From the NCBI GenBank assembly GCA_044361885.1, contig JBIKIA010000001.1, positions 1 to 44,285 on the forward strand: a stretch of DNA of 44,285 nt, written 5' to 3'. The first letter of the stretch is position 1; each line of letters starts with the position of its first letter. Positions 8,408 through 16,955 of the stretch are shown piece after piece. The notes under the pieces were generated by a model that was not told where the DNA came from, ran no database searches, and was given only the letters and a program-made list of their open reading frames with translations. The translations under genes and the position numbers were made by a program. Origin of the DNA: Prosthecobacter sp. (GTDB lineage: Bacteria > Verrucomicrobiota > Verrucomicrobiia > Verrucomicrobiales > Verrucomicrobiaceae).

Positions 8408-10177
8408 TGAGATCTCCTTCATGAGGGCTTGAAGCAGTTTGATTTTCAGGTGCGGCAGCGCGTCTGCCAAGGCAGTAAACCAAGTGCGGGTGATGACGAG
8501 GCATTCCACCTTGTCCATCGCCACCACATCAGCGGAGCGGGGAGAGCCGTCCAGGAAGGCCATCTCACCCGCCGTCATGCCTGCAGCCAGGACATCCACC
8601 CGGCGGTGCAGCCCGCCTTCTTCACGGATCTGCACCTCCACATTCCCCTCGATGATCACGAACATCTCGTCGGAGCTTTCCCCTGCGGTGATCAGCGACT
8701 CTCCGAGCGCGAACGAACGCCGCGGCAAATCACGCTCCAGGATGCGGATCTCTCCCGGTGTGCAGGTTTGAAAGACGGCACACTCCTCCAGTTTCAGCTC
8801 ACCCGCCGAGCGCCAGGAGGCCCCCGTGACCGACATGAGCAGGGCATCCTCACTGGTTTCGAGTGCCGCATCCACCGTGGCAAAAATGGCGCTGGAGGGA
8901 ATGCCCGCCTCATTCAAACGCGGGGTCAGTTTTCCAGGCTGACATAGGATCACCCGCACTCCCTGCCGCTCCAGACGGGAACGCAGATCGGCCAGCAGTT
9001 TCAGGCTCACCGTGTTCGCCGTGACCACCGCACGCAGATCGAAGATCACATGCAGGCAACCGGCATTCGCGAGCTGAAAGACCTGCCTGACCACGGGCTC
9101 GAAGGTGGTGAAAATCAGCCCGCCCTGCAGTTCCAGCACTTGGATGCGCCCCCCATGAGTCTTCAGGGTTTCCCGTGAAGAATAAGGCAGCCGCCGCCGC
9201 GCGGTGACCTCTCCGCCGTGATAGGAAAGCCGCACCGCTGTGCGTGGCGTCGCCGTGGGATTCATCATGTGCAGTGCCAGCTCACGAGACAGATCCATGC
9301 ACACCTTGATGCCGCGCAGGCTGTTCCCCTGCGGGTCCAGAGCCGGTGAAAAGACACCGATCCCGAGCTGCCCGGGCAGCACCGCGAGGATGCCGCCACC
9401 GACACCACTTTTCGCCGGCAACCCCACGCGGTAGATCCACTCGCCCGACCAGTCATACATGCCGCAGGTGGCCATCACGCCGAGCACGTTATCGACATAC
9501 TGAGATTCGATGGCGCGCTTCCGCGTCAGTGGCTGCACACCTTGATTCGCCAGCGTCGCGCCCATCAGTGCCAGATCCCGGCAGGTCACACGGATGGAGC
9601 ACTGCTGAAAATAAGTCTCCAGCGTCTCATGCGGATCTTCATCCACGATGCCGAAGTTCCGCAGCAGCCAGCCGATGGCGCGATTGCGGTGTCCCGTCTC
9701 ACTCTCACTGCGATACACCACGTCATCGATGTCCAGATCACGTCCGGCAAAGCCGCCCAAATACGCCAGCAGCCTTTCGAAGCGTGACTTGCCATCCTTC
9801 GGCAAAACCTGCCCGCAGGTGGCGATGGCCCCCGCATTGATCATCGGATTGAAAGGCGCACCCGTTCCTTCCTTCAGGCTGATCGCATTAAAAGCTTCCC
9901 CCGATGGCTCCACGCCGATGCGCTTCAGCACATGCTCCTCACCTCGGTCCTCCAGCGCGAGACCATAGGCCAGCGCCTTCGAGATGGATTGAATCGTGAA
10001 GAGCTGCCTCGTGTCACCCACCTCATAGACGTGGCCGTCGCGCGTGGCGATGCAGATGCCGAACCACTTCGGGTCGGCTTTGGCCAGTTCGGGGATATAG
10101 TCGGCGACATGACCCTCCATGACAGGCGCGTAGCGGGCATGGAGCGTCTCTAGGTACTCTTGGATGGGAGAGAGCAT
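8357..10177 (-). CDS. glsA: Glutaminase A fused to STAS and cNMP-binding domains
   Basis: [15 protein letters not shown] catalytic Sxx[24 protein letters not shown]; C-terminal [15 protein letters not shown] (STAS) and [15 protein letters not shown] (cNMP). Confidence 0.93.
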   Translation of the reverse strand: MLSPIQEYLETLHARYAPVMEGHVADYIPELAKADPKWFGICIATRDGHVYEVGDTRQLFTIQSISKALAYGLALEDRGEEHVLKRIGVEPSGEAFNAISLKEGTGAPFNPMINAGAIATCGQVLPKDGKSRFERLLAYLGGFAGRDLDIDDVVYRSESETGHRNRAIGWLLRNFGIVDEDPHETLETYFQQCSIRVTCRDLALMGATLANQGVQPLTRKRAIESQYVDNVLGVMATCGMYDWSGEWIYRVGLPAKSGVGGGILAVLPGQLGIGVFSPALDPQGNSLRGIKVCMDLSRELALHMMNPTATPRTAVRLSYHGGEVTARRRLPYSSRETLKTHGGRIQVLELQGGLIFTTFEPVVRQVFQLANAGCLHVIFDLRAVVTANTVSLKLLADLRSRLERQGVRVILCQPGKLTPRLNEAGIPSSAIFATVDAALETSEDALLMSVTGASWRSAGELKLEECAVFQTCTPGEIRILERDLPRRSFALGESLITAGESSDEMFVIIEGNVEVQIREEGGLHRRVDVLAAGMTAGEMAFLDGSPRSADVVAMDKVECLVITRTWFTALADALPHLKIKLLQALMKEISSRLRQANIEIGALHRS

Positions 10178-10186
10178 CCCATCTGC

Positions 10187-10900
10187 CTAAGCAGGGATGG
10201 TGCCGGGAGATTCTTTATTTTGTCCCCCTGCCCGATCCGCCACGAAGATCGTGTGCGTGCAGCGCTTTGCCTGGGGGTAGGCCTTGCACGGCACGACGCT
10301 GACTTTGAAGCCTGCTTTCACGAGCTTCTTCTCGAAGCGCTGGTCCGAACTCGCCGACCAGAAAGTCACCCTCGCCCCAGGCTTCAGCGCCTGGATGATC
10401 GCCACGAAGCCCTGCGCCTGATACAGCCGCTCATTGCCATCCTGCACCATCGCGATGGGGCCATTGTCCACATCCAGCATGATCGCATCGTAGTGTCCCT
10501 TCGGTGCCTCCGTGATGGTCTGATACACATCCCCCACGATCACCTTCACCCGAGGATCGTCCAGCAGAGCGCCATTCACCTCGCGCAGATGCTCGCGGTT
10601 CCAGGCCACGATCTCCGGCAGCAGCTCCGCCACCTCCACCACCGCATCCGGCCCCACCATCTCCAAAACCCGCCGCAGCGTGAAGCCCAGCCCCAGCCCG
10701 CCGATCAGCACCCGCATCCCCGGCTGCTCCACCACCCGAGTGCAAGCCAGCTCCGCCAGGGCCTTTTCCGACTCATTGGCGTTCGTGCCCATGAGCGGCT
10801 GCCGGTCCACCCGGATGTAAAAGTGCGTATCATGCGAGTGCAGCGTCATCTCTGCACCCTCGGGAGTGCGGGCCGAGGCCAGTTGGAGGAAAGGTTTCAA
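10187..10900 (-). CDS. Spermidine-synthase-like class I SAM-dependent transferase
   Basis: VLIGGLGLGFTL, EVAELLPEIVAWNR, YDAIMLDVDNGP; likely TTG start at 10900 (MKPFLQLASARTPEG). Confidence 0.85.
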   Translation of the reverse strand: MKPFLQLASARTPEGAEMTLHSHDTHFYIRVDRQPLMGTNANESEKALAELACTRVVEQPGMRVLIGGLGLGFTLRRVLEMVGPDAVVEVAELLPEIVAWNREHLREVNGALLDDPRVKVIVGDVYQTITEAPKGHYDAIMLDVDNGPIAMVQDGNERLYQAQGFVAIIQALKPGARVTFWSASSDQRFEKKLVKAGFKVSVVPCKAYPQAKRCTHTIFVADRAGGQNKESPGTIPA

Positions 10901-10939
10901 AGTCCGCCGCCCATCGTCTGAAATGTCGCAGCACGCATC

Positions 10940-10977
10940 TTGAAAAGATTCGCACACTCCCCATACTCGCACGAACA
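10940..10977 (+). promoter_or_regulatory. recN promoter with an overlapping candidate Verrucomicrobia LexA box
   Basis: TTGAAA-N16-CATACT; TACTC-GCAC-GAACA (10964-10977) matches 8/10 of TGTTC-N4-GAACA. Confidence 0.45.
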
Positions 10978-11003
10978 GCACTCCCAGATCTCACTTCCGC
11001 GCC

Positions 11004-12662
11004 ATGCTTTCCTTCCTGAAAATCCGTAACCTCGCCCTCGTGGAAGATGTGACTTGGGAGCTGGCACCGGGGCTCGTCGGCGTGACCGGAGAGACGGGCG
11101 CGGGGAAGTCCATCATCGTCGGCGCGCTGAAACTCATCCTCGGGGAGCGCGCAGACCGCAGCCTCATCCGCACCGGGCAGGACACTTGCACCGTGGAGGC
11201 CAGCTTTCACCTCAAAGACAGCCGCGCCGTGGATGCCGTGCTCGATGAAGCCGGGCTCGAAGCCTGCCAGGACGGCGAACTTCTCATCAAACGTGCCGTC
11301 AGCATCGGCGGAGCAAACAAGCAGTTCGTGAACTGCTCCCCCGTCACCATCCAGGTGCTCAAAGCGCTCGGCGAGCTGCTCGTCGATCTCCACGGGCCGC
11401 ATGATCATCAGTCGCTGAACTCGCAGGAGCGCCAGCTCGAGATGCTGGACAAAGCCGCTGGCCTCGAAGACACGCTCGCCACCTACGAAGAAGCCTGGAA
11501 GCAATGGCGCGCTGCTTTGACCGAACTCGAAGACCTCGAAAACAGCGAGCGCGCTGGCACCCAGCAGCTCGACATGCTGAAGTTCCAGGTCAACGAGATT
11601 GCCGCCGCCAACCTCAAACCCGGCGAGGAAGAAGAGATCGAATCCCGCCACCGCATCGCCGCTAATGGAGCGCGCCTCGCCGAGTTGTGCGGAGCCATCA
11701 CCAGCCGCCTCAGTGGTGATGAAGGCGGCGTGCTTGATGCCCTGCGCGAGATCGGACGCAGCATTCACGACCTGGAAAAGATCGACCCCGCCTCCGCGAA
11801 GATGTTTGAAGGCTTCCAGTCCGCGCTCATCGAACTCACCGACCTCGAAAGCAGCGTCCAAGACTACGCCGGCGAGCTAGAGATCGACCCCGCCGAGCTC
11901 GCGGAACTCGACCAGCGCATCCACACCATCCAGACCCTGAAGCGCAAATACGGCCCCACCGTGCAGGCCATCCTCGACTTCCTCGCCGAAGCCGAGACAA
12001 AGCTCAGCAAGATCGAGAACCGAGGCGAAGAGCTGGAGCGCCTGGGCAAACTCGTCAAAGACCGCCGCACGCAGGTGGACAAGCTCGCCAAACAGCTCAG
12101 CGAAAAGCGTGGCAAAGCCGCCCCGAAGCTCGCCAAAGAAGTCGCCACCCACCTCGCCGACCTCGGCTTCAAGCGCAGCGTCTTCGAGGCCCAGCTCACC
12201 ACTCTCGGCGAACCCGCACGCCACGGCTTCGAGGAGGTCGATTTCCAATTCGCCCCCAACCCCGGCGAACCCTTAAAACCCCTCCGCCTCACCGCATCGA
12301 GTGGCGAGATGTCCCGTGTCCTGCTCGCCGTGAAAAGCGCCCTCGCGAAACAAGACAGCGTCGGTTTGCTCGTCTTCGATGAGATCGACGCCAACGTCGG
12401 CGGCAACATCGCCGAAGCCGTGGGCCGCAAGATGGCCTCACTGGGCGAGACTCATCAAGTCATCGCCATCACCCACTTCCCGCAAGTCGCGTCACTGGCG
12501 CAGAGCCATTTCGTCGTTACCAAAGATATCGTCGGTGACCGCACGAAATCCACCATCCGCGAGATCACCGCCGACGAGCGCATCGAGGAACTCGCGAGGA
12601 TGCTCGGCGGCAAAATCGAGTCTGCCAGAGAGCATGCGCGGGGATTACTGGCCGGGGCGTGA
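11004..12662 (+). CDS. recN: DNA repair protein RecN
   Basis: TGETGAGKSII, DLHGPHDHQSL, ASSGEMSRVLLA, FDEIDANVGG, ITHFPQVAS, ELARMLGG. Confidence 0.97.
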   Translation: MLSFLKIRNLALVEDVTWELAPGLVGVTGETGAGKSIIVGALKLILGERADRSLIRTGQDTCTVEASFHLKDSRAVDAVLDEAGLEACQDGELLIKRAVSIGGANKQFVNCSPVTIQVLKALGELLVDLHGPHDHQSLNSQERQLEMLDKAAGLEDTLATYEEAWKQWRAALTELEDLENSERAGTQQLDMLKFQVNEIAAANLKPGEEEEIESRHRIAANGARLAELCGAITSRLSGDEGGVLDALREIGRSIHDLEKIDPASAKMFEGFQSALIELTDLESSVQDYAGELEIDPAELAELDQRIHTIQTLKRKYGPTVQAILDFLAEAETKLSKIENRGEELERLGKLVKDRRTQVDKLAKQLSEKRGKAAPKLAKEVATHLADLGFKRSVFEAQLTTLGEPARHGFEEVDFQFAPNPGEPLKPLRLTASSGEMSRVLLAVKSALAKQDSVGLLVFDEIDANVGGNIAEAVGRKMASLGETHQVIAITHFPQVASLAQSHFVVTKDIVGDRTKSTIREITADERIEELARMLGGKIESAREHARGLLAGA

Positions 12663-12678
12663 CCAAGGCTCCGCAGGA

Positions 12679-12707
12679 TTGACAACCCTTCATCCAGCGA
12701 ACATTCA
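12679..12707 (+). promoter_or_regulatory. Leaderless-type sigma70 promoter with a second candidate LexA box
   Basis: TTGACA-N17-CATTCA, 6 nt before ATG 12714; TCATC-CAGC-GAACA at 12690-12703 (8/10 match). Confidence 0.4.
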
Positions 12708-12713
12708 TTCACC

Positions 12714-12938
12714 ATGCCCGCTGTCATCACCGCACCGAAATCTTGGGTCGCCTCCGTCGGGCGTCTATCGCTTCCGAAGAAGTCGGCACGTCGTTTGCAA
12801 ACCCTCATGGATCGCAACAACGACGGCCTGCTCACTCCCGCAGAGCGCCGTGAACTCACCGCTCTCGTCGAGTGGAGTGAAAACGTCTCCCTCATCCGCG
12901 CTCAGGCCCTGCAACTGCTCGGCAAAAAGGCCGCATGA
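12714..12938 (+). CDS. Small helical hypothetical protein, putative antitoxin-like partner of the HNH nuclease
   Basis: 74 aa, RLQTLMDRNNDGLLTPAERRELTALVE; ATGA overlap with the HNH gene. Confidence 0.75.
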   Translation: MPAVITAPKSWVASVGRLSLPKKSARRLQTLMDRNNDGLLTPAERRELTALVEWSENVSLIRAQALQLLGKKAA

Positions 12939-13345
12939 GCGTCCCGGCCACATTGGCTGCCAGAGTTCGCCAGCGTGCTGAGCATCGCTGCGAATACTGC
13001 CGGATGAGCCAGTCTCTCCAAGGCGCGAGCTTCCACATCGAGCACATTCACCCGCGCATCCACGGCGGTAAAACCATCTTTGGAAACCTCGCGCTCGCCT
13101 GCCCTGGCTGCAATCTCCACAAAGCCGACTGCACCACCTCCACCGATCCCGCAACGGGGGAAGTCGTCCCGCTCTTCCATCCGCGAAAGCATGCATGGGA
13201 CGATCACTTCGCCTGGTCCGACGCAAGATTGGAAGCACTTTCCTCCATAGGCCGCGCCACCCTTCATCGACTCCAACTGAATCACCCACGCCGACTCCTC
13301 ATCCGCAAAGCCGAAGGGCGTTTTGGGCTGTTTCCTCCTGGGTGA
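12935..13345 (+). CDS. HNH endonuclease
   Basis: VRQRAEHRCEYC, FHIEHIHP..GG, NLALACPGCNLHK, LFHPR...W..HF. Confidence 0.92.
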   Translation: MSVPATLAARVRQRAEHRCEYCRMSQSLQGASFHIEHIHPRIHGGKTIFGNLALACPGCNLHKADCTTSTDPATGEVVPLFHPRKHAWDDHFAWSDARLEALSSIGRATLHRLQLNHPRRLLIRKAEGRFGLFPPG

Positions 13346-13387
13346 CGGCCACTGAAGACCATTTCGTCGAGCAGCTTGGGTGAATTA

Positions 13388-14644
13388 TTACGCCGCCATT
13401 TCCACGGCTTTGCTCCACTTGGCGTCACCGGTCAGAGTGCCGCGCAGGTAGGTCTCGGCTTCCTGGCAGTTCTTCTCGGGATCAAGCGGGAGACGCAGGG
13501 TGAGTTCGAGTCCTTGAGGTGAGAGACGCTTGGCGGAGACGGTGCCGCCGTGGAGGTGCATGGTGACGTAGCAGGCCATCATGTTCACACCGAAGTCATC
13601 TGGCTTGCGGCTGCGGGTGTAGAAAGGGTCGAATAGATTGGCCCCACTGTCATGCGGACCACCCCAGGCCGCATTGTCAGTGAGGGTGATGATGGCGTAA
13701 TAATCGCCGGTGGCGTCGGTTTGCAGACTGGCCTGGATGTGGATGCTGTCTCCGGGCTGGAGGTGGGTGAGCTCCTCGATGAAAAGCAGCCGCAGGAGCT
13801 GGCGGAAGCGCTCGCCATGCACCAGCAGTGCAGGGAAGTTCTGCGCGATGTCGATGCTGAGTTTGATTCGGTTTTCCTGGAAGTGACCGGCGTAAGCAGC
13901 CTGGGTCTCGTTAAGCAGATCATGGAGGCTGACCTGCTCGGTGCGGGCGAGTTTGCGCGCGTGGGAGGCGTGGGCGAGGTGGGTCAGCAGGGACTGGATG
14001 CGGTCGATCTGAGTGGCGGCTTGATTCTGGGTCTCGATCCAGAAGGAGGGGTCACGCGGATGCCGGGCATCGATCTCCTCCATGAGCTTCATGGGGGCGA
14101 GATCGATGAAGGCGCGCACGACGGTGAGGGCGTTGCGGAGATGGTGATTCAGGCCTTCAGCCAGGATGCCCATGCCGCTGACTTTGTCAGCGATGAGCTG
14201 GGTACGGAGGTCGTCGGCTTTTTCGTGGAGGAGCCGCTCACGGTTAAGCAAGGTTAGGTAGGCCTCCATGCCATCCCGGAGCACGAGGGTGAAGTGCTCA
14301 GGATCCACGGGCTTGTGCAGGTAGCGCCAGGCGCGGCCTTCATTCACGGCCTTCACCGCGCTGTCATAGTCGGTGTAGGCGGTGACGAGGATGCGGATGA
14401 CATTGGGCTGGAGCCTGCGGGCACGTTCCATGAGCTCCACGCCGCTTTCGCCGGGCATGCGCTGGTCAGTCAGGAGGATGCCGATGCGCGCACCATGCTC
14501 TTCCAAAATGCGGAAACCATCGGCGGCATTCGTGGCCGTGTGGATGACATATTCATCCTCAAAGATCTGCCGGAAGTAGCGCAGAGATTTTTCCTCATCA
14601 TCCACGTAAAGGATGTGAAAAGGGTGCTGGGCCTCGCTGGTCAT
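13388..14644 (-). CDS. Response regulator: receiver + HisKA-like + degenerate HATPase (PhcR-like architecture)
   Basis: ILYVDDE, TDQRMP, TAY and KP receiver motifs; EGLNHHLRNAL H-box-like; N-box and G1/G2 boxes degenerate, F-box LFDPFYT retained. Confidence 0.85.
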   Translation of the reverse strand: MTSEAQHPFHILYVDDEEKSLRYFRQIFEDEYVIHTATNAADGFRILEEHGARIGILLTDQRMPGESGVELMERARRLQPNVIRILVTAYTDYDSAVKAVNEGRAWRYLHKPVDPEHFTLVLRDGMEAYLTLLNRERLLHEKADDLRTQLIADKVSGMGILAEGLNHHLRNALTVVRAFIDLAPMKLMEEIDARHPRDPSFWIETQNQAATQIDRIQSLLTHLAHASHARKLARTEQVSLHDLLNETQAAYAGHFQENRIKLSIDIAQNFPALLVHGERFRQLLRLLFIEELTHLQPGDSIHIQASLQTDATGDYYAIITLTDNAAWGGPHDSGANLFDPFYTRSRKPDDFGVNMMACYVTMHLHGGTVSAKRLSPQGLELTLRLPLDPEKNCQEAETYLRGTLTGDAKWSKAVEMAA

Positions 14645-16119
14645 GGGCTGTCGGGTGCTGGATTGAAGGTCAGGATAAACTCGGTGTATTCGCCCGGCTG
14701 GCTGTAGGCCTCGATCTTGCCGCCCATGCCCTGCATCATGCGGTAGCAGAGGCTGAGCCCGAGGCCCATGCCCTTGCCGACTTCCTTGGTGGTGAAGAAG
14801 GGATCAAAGATGCGTTGAAGGGCGTCCTGGGGGATGCCGGTGCCGTTGTCGCGCATTTGTAGCTGGATGTGATCGCCCTTGCGAATGATGCTGAAGGTGA
14901 TGGCCGGATCTTCCCGTCCCGCGAGCGCATCCACGCTGTTCTGGATCAGGTTGATGAGGATCTGGACGATGTGGTTTTCATCTCCGAGCACGATGATGTC
15001 CTCGGGCAGATCAATGAAGAGTTCCATTTCGTGGTCGGTCACCTGCTGGTTCATCAATCGCACAGCCTTGGCCACGGTTTGATTCAGGTTCACCGGCACG
15101 CCGCCTTTGTTTTCGGGATGGGCAAATGTACGCAGATCATTCACGATCGAGGCCACGCGGTCCACGCCTTCGCTGATGTCCGAAAGGATTTCCTGCACCT
15201 GCTCCACCATTTCGGGCGGCATGGTGCGGGACTTCTTTTTTAGGACATAGACCGCAGACTTCACGAAGTTCAGTGGATTGTTGATCTCATGCACGATGCC
15301 TGCGCTGAGGCGGCCGATGGAGGCCAGCTTCTCGCTTTGAGTGAGCTGAGCCTCTGTTTCACGCAGGCGCTGGAGCGTGGTGGTCAGCTCTTCATTGCGT
15401 GAACGCAGCTCTTCACGCTGGGCCTCCACTTTGCAGCGGTTCACGAACTCACTCAGCCGAATGCCGTGATGCTGGCGGCTGCCGAAATAGAGGATCACGC
15501 AGGTCAGCAGCAAAAAGAGCGTGTTGTTGAGGAAGAGACCATTGGCTCTCAGCCCGGCACCGAAATGCAGATTCGGCACGGTGGCGGCGAAGTAGCACAG
15601 CAGCACGAGCCCGACGGTGAGCCCGATCTCCTCGAAGGTCCACTGGAACACAAAGGAGGTGCCCACGAGGCAGAGCAGCAGCCCGGCGTAGTAAGACGAG
15701 CTGGCGTTCCCGGTCAGGAACAGCATCACGCAGATCGCCATCGCTGGGATCAGGGGAAGAATGACGGGATAAACGCGGTGGTAACGCGCCGCCCACGGGC
15801 GGTCCAGGGCCAGCAGCAGCGGGACGCAGAAGAGGGAGCAGACCAATCGAAGGACGAGGAACTCCCAGAAACGCAGCGGGTAGGCCAGCCAGTCCAGCAC
15901 CGAGCAAAATGGCACCAAGATCATCACGAACCACGCGCCTAGGCGCGCATTGCGCATGTTCAGCTCCTGGATCTCCGTCGCAAAGCGTCCCGAGCGCTCG
16001 GCTTGCGCCAGGACTTTGGCATCGATATTCGGTGCGGCTGCCGGAGGCGATGGTGCAGACTCATCCAACTGCACGAAGTGCAGCGGGGTAGTCATGGAGG
16101 GGACGGCAAAGTGTGACAT
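14641..16119 (-). CDS. Multi-TM sensor histidine kinase (PhcS-like)
   Basis: About 6 hydrophobic helices (LDWLAYP, YYAGLLL), coiled coil, SEKLASIGRLSAGIVHEINNP, NLIQNSVDA, DNGTGI, FDPFFTTK, GMGLGL; ATGA overlap with the regulator; alternative start 16095. Confidence 0.92.
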   Translation of the reverse strand: MSHFAVPSMTTPLHFVQLDESAPSPPAAAPNIDAKVLAQAERSGRFATEIQELNMRNARLGAWFVMILVPFCSVLDWLAYPLRFWEFLVLRLVCSLFCVPLLLALDRPWAARYHRVYPVILPLIPAMAICVMLFLTGNASSSYYAGLLLCLVGTSFVFQWTFEEIGLTVGLVLLCYFAATVPNLHFGAGLRANGLFLNNTLFLLLTCVILYFGSRQHHGIRLSEFVNRCKVEAQREELRSRNEELTTTLQRLRETEAQLTQSEKLASIGRLSAGIVHEINNPLNFVKSAVYVLKKKSRTMPPEMVEQVQEILSDISEGVDRVASIVNDLRTFAHPENKGGVPVNLNQTVAKAVRLMNQQVTDHEMELFIDLPEDIIVLGDENHIVQILINLIQNSVDALAGREDPAITFSIIRKGDHIQLQMRDNGTGIPQDALQRIFDPFFTTKEVGKGMGLGLSLCYRMMQGMGGKIEAYSQPGEYTEFILTFNPAPDSP

Positions 16120-16236
16120 AAAGCTCTAATTATAGAAATTACACTCAGCTTAATTATTGTGCAAACAGGAAACTGGGGGTTCTTCAACCACCTCGGCCTT
16201 CCAACGCCCTCCCTTCTGCCCTGTCAAAGGCCCGTC

Positions 16237-16902
16237 ATGCTATCTCCCAGGCGCACTTTCACTATCCGTCTCCTCGCCGTCTTTGGCCTTCTCGCCATCT
16301 CCATCTGGAGCCAGCGTGCCCTCTGGGCTGACACGAGCGACCTCGCGGAAAAAGCCCGCCGCCACGCGCCGAAGGACGAGACCTTTGCCTCCCGGCTCGT
16401 CCATGCCGCGCTGGACCGCCCCAGCCAGCGCGTTCGCTACGATCCCGCTTATGTGAAGCTCGACTACCCCGGCGGCGATGTGCCCGCCGACACCGGCGTC
16501 TGCACCGATGAGGTCATCCGCTGCTACCGCGCACTCGGCTTCGATCTGCAAAAACTCGTCCACGAGGACATGAAGCGTGCCTTTTCCGCCTACCCAAAGA
16601 ACTGGGGTCTCAGCACGCCGGACAAAAACATCGACCACCGCCGAGTGCCCAACCTCCAGACCTTCTTCAAGCGCCAGAAAGCCTCCCTCCCCGTCACCCA
16701 AAATCCCGCCGACTACCGCCCCGGCGACCTCATCACCTGCACCGTCGCTGGCAAACTGCCCCACATCGCCCTCGTCGTCCCCGCCCCAGACGGCAGCGAG
16801 CGCCTCTGGATCGTCCACAATATCGGCCAGGGTCCGCAATGCGAAGACCGCCTCTTCGAGTTCCCCCTCACCGGGCACTTTCGCTGGCATCCGGGGAGGT
16901 GA
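16237..16902 (+). CDS. DUF1287 (YijF-like) family exported protein
   Basis: YDPAYVKLDYPGGDVP..TGVCTDEVIR, NIDHRRVPNL, LPHIALV, HNIGQG; N-terminal hydrophobic segment. Confidence 0.9.
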   Translation: MLSPRRTFTIRLLAVFGLLAISIWSQRALWADTSDLAEKARRHAPKDETFASRLVHAALDRPSQRVRYDPAYVKLDYPGGDVPADTGVCTDEVIRCYRALGFDLQKLVHEDMKRAFSAYPKNWGLSTPDKNIDHRRVPNLQTFFKRQKASLPVTQNPADYRPGDLITCTVAGKLPHIALVVPAPDGSERLWIVHNIGQGPQCEDRLFEFPLTGHFRWHPGR

Positions 16903-16955
16903 TGTCGTCTTGATCGTTGCCTCGCGCCTAGTTTCCAGCCAAGCATGGAGCCTTC

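Noticed and set aside
10187-10900. SAM-dependent protein as the PhcB-type signal synthase
   Set aside because: It has spermidine-synthase-like motifs, is coupled to the glutaminase, and is separated from the sensor pair by recN and the HNH unit
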